64,000 bases of DNA, from contig CAWBYY010000004.1 in assembly GCA_963793095.1 (NCBI GenBank), positions 305,107 through 369,106 on the forward strand. The letters are read 5' to 3'. Shown here in pieces: positions 60,801 to 64,000 of the stretch (position 1 is the first letter of the stretch; each line of letters starts with the position of its first letter). The stretch comes from an uncultured Chloroflexia bacterium. GTDB lineage: Bacteria > Chloroflexota > Anaerolineae > Anaerolineales > UBA4823. The notes below the pieces were generated by a model, which was given only the letters and a program-made list of their open reading frames with translations, was not told the DNA's origin and did not search any database. Made by a program: the position numbers and the translations under genes.

Positions 60801-62090
60801 TAATCACTCCACTCCAATACATAGTCGCCAATGTAAACTGTATCCCCAACTTGCACGCCAGCTTCTTTCAAAGCAGCATCGATGCCGAGATTTTCCAGAA
60901 TATGCTGAAACCTTCTCACCGATTGATAATGGTCCCAGTAAGTCATATGCGCGGCTCTTTCTATTGCTGCACCAGAAATCCGAAAACCTTCACCTTCAGG
61001 GATGATCTCAAATTCAGTTGGATCCGCGCTAACCCGGTAAACTGGTTTCTCATCCATTTCTACCTGTACCGGCAGATTTCTCATTAGCTGGTATGTCTGG
61101 TTGATTAATTTATCCAGTCCAATCCGGTGCAGTGCTGATATCGCAATCGGTTCATGTGCACCAACCAAGCCTGTGACTGGAATTTCCGCGTTTGAACCAA
61201 ACTTTTGAAGAAAAGCTGGCCAGCGTTCTTTCGCTTCAGGCATATCGAATTTATTGAATGCCACAATTTGAGGCTTTTCCTTAAGATTTGGGTCAAACAG
61301 CGCAAGCTCACTGTTTATCTGAGAGAAATCCAGTATCGGGTTTTCGGCTGTGCCATCGATTATATGGATCAACATTTTTGTACGCTGGATGTGACGTAAA
61401 AATTCATGACCCAGACCAATACCACGATGGGCGCCTTCAATGAGGCCTGGTATATCTGCCAGTACTAGCTCTGTATCAAAATCGATTTTTAACACACCCA
61501 GGTTTGGCTCTATTGTGGTAAATGGGTATGACCCGATTTTTGGTTTAGCACCGGTGACTGCTGCCAGCAGGGTGGACTTACCGGCATTTGGCGCGCCTAC
61601 AATCCCAACATCTGCAATTAATTTCAATTCAAGCCTTAGAACTCTTTCCTCACCCGGTTCTCCTCTTTCTCCGATCTGGGGTGTTTGTCTTGTAGAGGAA
61701 ACAAACCGGGTATTTCCTCTTCCGCCGCGTCCACCTCTCGCGAACTGATAATTTCTGCCCCACTAAAGTCAGATCTCCTAAAAATTCGCTGGTTTCCTCA
61801 TCGTAAACGAGAGTTCCAGCTGGAACCGGAATGGTCAAATTTTCACCGGATCGACCTGTTTGCTTGTTTTTTCCGCCATTCTTGCCATTCCCGGCAGAAA
61901 AATTCTCTTTATATCGGAAATTGGAAAGAGTATTTAGATTGGATGCAACCTCCAGCAGGATATCCCCCCCCTTGCCTCCATCACCCCCGTCCGGTCCTCC
62001 TCTGGGTACAAATTTTTCTCGCCTGAAATGGATCGATCCATCTCCCCCTTTTCCTGATTTTATCCTGATTATGGCAGTGTCGATAAACAT
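60800..62090 (-). CDS. obgE: GTPase ObgE with C-terminal DUF1967 domain; one frameshift
   Basis: [38 protein letters not shown] and NKFD; extra base near 61742. Confidence 0.95.
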
Positions 62091-62167
62091 TATTACTATG
62101 ATTGGGTAATATAAAACGGTATCTGATTAATCAATGCGATTATACCAAACGGTATCCCTGTTTGTAC

Positions 62168-62195
62168 GCTATTTGTGGCAGTTTGCACAAATAGC
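62168..62195. promoter_or_regulatory. Rex-box-like operator overlapping the rex promoter
   Basis: GCTATTTGTG-GCAGTTTG-CACAAATAGC; the core TTGTG-N8-CACAA matches the Rex operator layout. Confidence 0.75.
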
Positions 62196-62264
62196 ATTAT
62201 TATGGTAAATTCAAAATAATACTAACAAACACACCATTAATATTCTATATGACTGGAGTGAGCC

Positions 62265-62885
62265 ATGAAAACCAAATTGATACCTGATATTATTATCAGC
62301 CGTCTGCCGATGTACCTTCGCACATTGCAGCGGATGCAGGAAGAAAACCGTAAAGTGACCTCCTCACAAGAATTGGGAGAACGCCTGGGAATTTCAGCTG
62401 CCCAAATTCGCAAGGATCTATCTCAATTTGGAGAATTTGGCAAACAGGGAACTGGTTATAACATTGATTACCTTTTGGAACAATTATCAATTATTCTTCA
62501 CGTTGATCGAGAGTGGGATATTGTTGTGGTCGGCGCTGGAGATATCGGGAGCGCGGTAGCCAGGTACAGGGGGTTCAAAAACCGTGGATTTAAAGTAAAA
62601 ACCATTTTTGATAATAATGCTGCAAGGATTGGCAGTGAAATCGGCGATTATACTGTCCAGGATTCAATTAACATGACCACTTATATCAAAGACAATGGAA
62701 TAAAAATCGCCATGATCGCTGTTCCAGTTGTCCACGCTCAGGAAGTCGCTGATCAGCTAGTTGAAGCCGGTATTCAAGCAATACTGAATTACGCCCCGAT
62801 ACACTTAAATGTCCCGGATTCAGTCTATGTCCAGTACATTGACCCTTCAATCCACCTTCAAAGGATGACTTATTATCTTTCCTGA
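62265..62885 (+). CDS. rex: Redox-sensing repressor Rex
   Basis: RLPMYLR, SSQELG, QIRKDLSQFGEFGKQGTGY, VGAGDIG and ILNYAP. Confidence 0.97.
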   Translation: MKTKLIPDIIISRLPMYLRTLQRMQEENRKVTSSQELGERLGISAAQIRKDLSQFGEFGKQGTGYNIDYLLEQLSIILHVDREWDIVVVGAGDIGSAVARYRGFKNRGFKVKTIFDNNAARIGSEIGDYTVQDSINMTTYIKDNGIKIAMIAVPVVHAQEVADQLVEAGIQAILNYAPIHLNVPDSVYVQYIDPSIHLQRMTYYLS

Positions 62886-62893
62886 TCTGAATT

Positions 62894-63902
62894 TTATACC
62901 ACTACCAGGTTGCGCCGGATAAGTGGGAACATCGCCAAACCATGAAACGCCCCCTCAGCAGTGCAGACTGTTGGATTATCCACAAGGTAGGCAGGCACCC
63001 CCAGTTCTTTTGTTAATAACTTATCAATTCCTCTCAACAGGGCACCCCCTCCAGTGACCGCAACCCCACGATCGATAATATCGGAGACCAGCTCGGGTGG
63101 AGTTTTTTCCAAAACCCGTCTGGCAGTTTCAACAACGTCCCTCAATGGATCTTGGAGTGCCTCCACAACTTCTCCGGTTGTCAACGTCGCCGGTCTCGGC
63201 AGCCCACTTACCTGATCCTGACCCTGGATATCGACCGTCTTTTCTTCATCCTGGGGCACAGCTGCACCGAATCTTTAATTTTATCTGTTCAGCGGTCAAT
63301 TGCCCGATAATCAAACCATATTTCTTCCGGACGTATGAAATTATCGCCTCATCAAGCGCCATACCTCCCTGACGTAAAGTATCTGCAGCGACAATTCCAT
63401 ACATTGCCATAACTGCCGCCTGGGTGGCGCCAGCACCAAGACACAGGATCATATTCCCTGATGGAGTTCCAATTGGTAAATCGACTCCAATTGCAGCGGC
63501 AAGAGGCTGCTGGATAAGGACTGCCTCTCGGCTGCCCGCCTGCAGGATCGCTTCATGAACTGCTCTGCTTTCGACGCTTGTCACTCCATTGGGTACCGTG
63601 ATCATCACCCGAGGGCGGAAAATTCGCATCGGTCCGCCTACTTTTTTCAACACCGCCTCTAGCATATATTCTGTTACTTCATAATCTGCGATAACCCCAT
63701 TATGCAAAGGGCGTGTAATTTCCAAAGATTCCGGTACGCGACCCATCATATTTTGAGCTTCCTGCCCCCAGGCAACCATCTTTTGTTCATCTGTCACAAT
63801 TGCCGCCACAGTTGGCTCTTCCAGAATAACGTTATTTCCTTCGGATACGCGGATAAAATATGTCCCCAGGTCAATCCCCAGGTCCTTTGAAAACATCGCC
63901 AT
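62894..63902 (-). CDS. mreB: MreB/Mbl-like actin homolog with degenerate nucleotide motifs; one frameshift
   Basis: LGIDLG, EPTVAA, GVIADY, PNGVTSVESRAV, AAAIG, GQLTAEQIK and TGGGALLRG; extra base near 63269. Confidence 0.9.
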
Positions 63903-63908
63903 GATTAT

Positions 63909-63998
63909 TTACTCTTCACTCTTTACCACTCCGGGTCGTCCACGCCTCTGCTGGTATCCGCGATATTTCCTTGCCGCTTCCAAACGTAGATTTGAACG
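63909..63998 (-). CDS. 3' end of an unidentified gene continuing beyond the window
   Basis: Open frame ...RSNLRLEAARKYRGYQQRRGRPGVVKSEE* stops 6 nt before the mreB-like start. Confidence 0.45.
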   Translation of the reverse strand, partial: RSNLRLEAARKYRGYQQRRGRPGVVKSEE

Positions 63999-64000
63999 TT

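Noticed and set aside
966-63890. Numerous short antisense or overlapping ORFs in the ORF track (e.g. 3562-4080, 17546-18268, 36823-37209)
   Set aside because: They are shadows of well-supported genes on the opposite strand or frame and have no motifs.
15227-63902. Programmed frameshifting or phase variation at the split genes
   Set aside because: The runs are short (3-7 nt), there are no stimulatory structures, and essential genes are hit; assembly error is simpler.
1-64000. CRISPR arrays, IS elements, prophage, rRNA, defence systems
   Set aside because: No regularly spaced repeats, transposase, integrase, phage or rRNA signatures were seen by eye.

Overview
Chromosomal, mostly housekeeping 64-kb segment of a low-GC bacterium. 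The protein style and gene content suggest Chloroflexota (Anaerolineae-like); this is inference. I found no integrase, transposase, prophage or CRISPR array. Main blocks: (1) a decayed potA, an aldehyde dehydrogenase and a block of amidohydrolases; (2) a nine-gene minus-strand operon (aroH-aroF-tyrA-aroA-aroE-aminotransferase-aroC-aroKB-aroQ) covering the whole route from PEP/E4P to tyrosine, preceded by an unannotated promoter, a Tyr-rich leader peptide and a terminator, i.e. a probable tyrosine-sensing attenuator; (3) a lipoprotein PCM methyltransferase convergent with a membrane protein carrying a spermidine-synthase-like domain; (4) moxR-DUF58; (5) a co-oriented run csoR-copZ-copA, two Tat-exported L,D-transpeptidases, ccdA-tlpA, a Grx-DUF2085 fusion and pgeF-yggS-yggT-yggU; (6) folB/folK/folE; (7) an unannotated 48-aa Flp pilin upstream of comF-hpf; (8) sigA and a GldA/F/G-DUF4340 ABC module; (9) ndk, the TIGR03960/TIGR03936 radical SAM pair and tRNA-Arg(CCG); (10) nadD-obgE, rex with a Rex-box, and a catalytically degenerate mreB paralog. 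About ten genes, including essential sigA and obgE, carry single-base indels (several in short homopolymers), so most frameshifts are probably assembly errors. potA looks like a true pseudogene. All family assignments come from recognised motifs; no database search was run.
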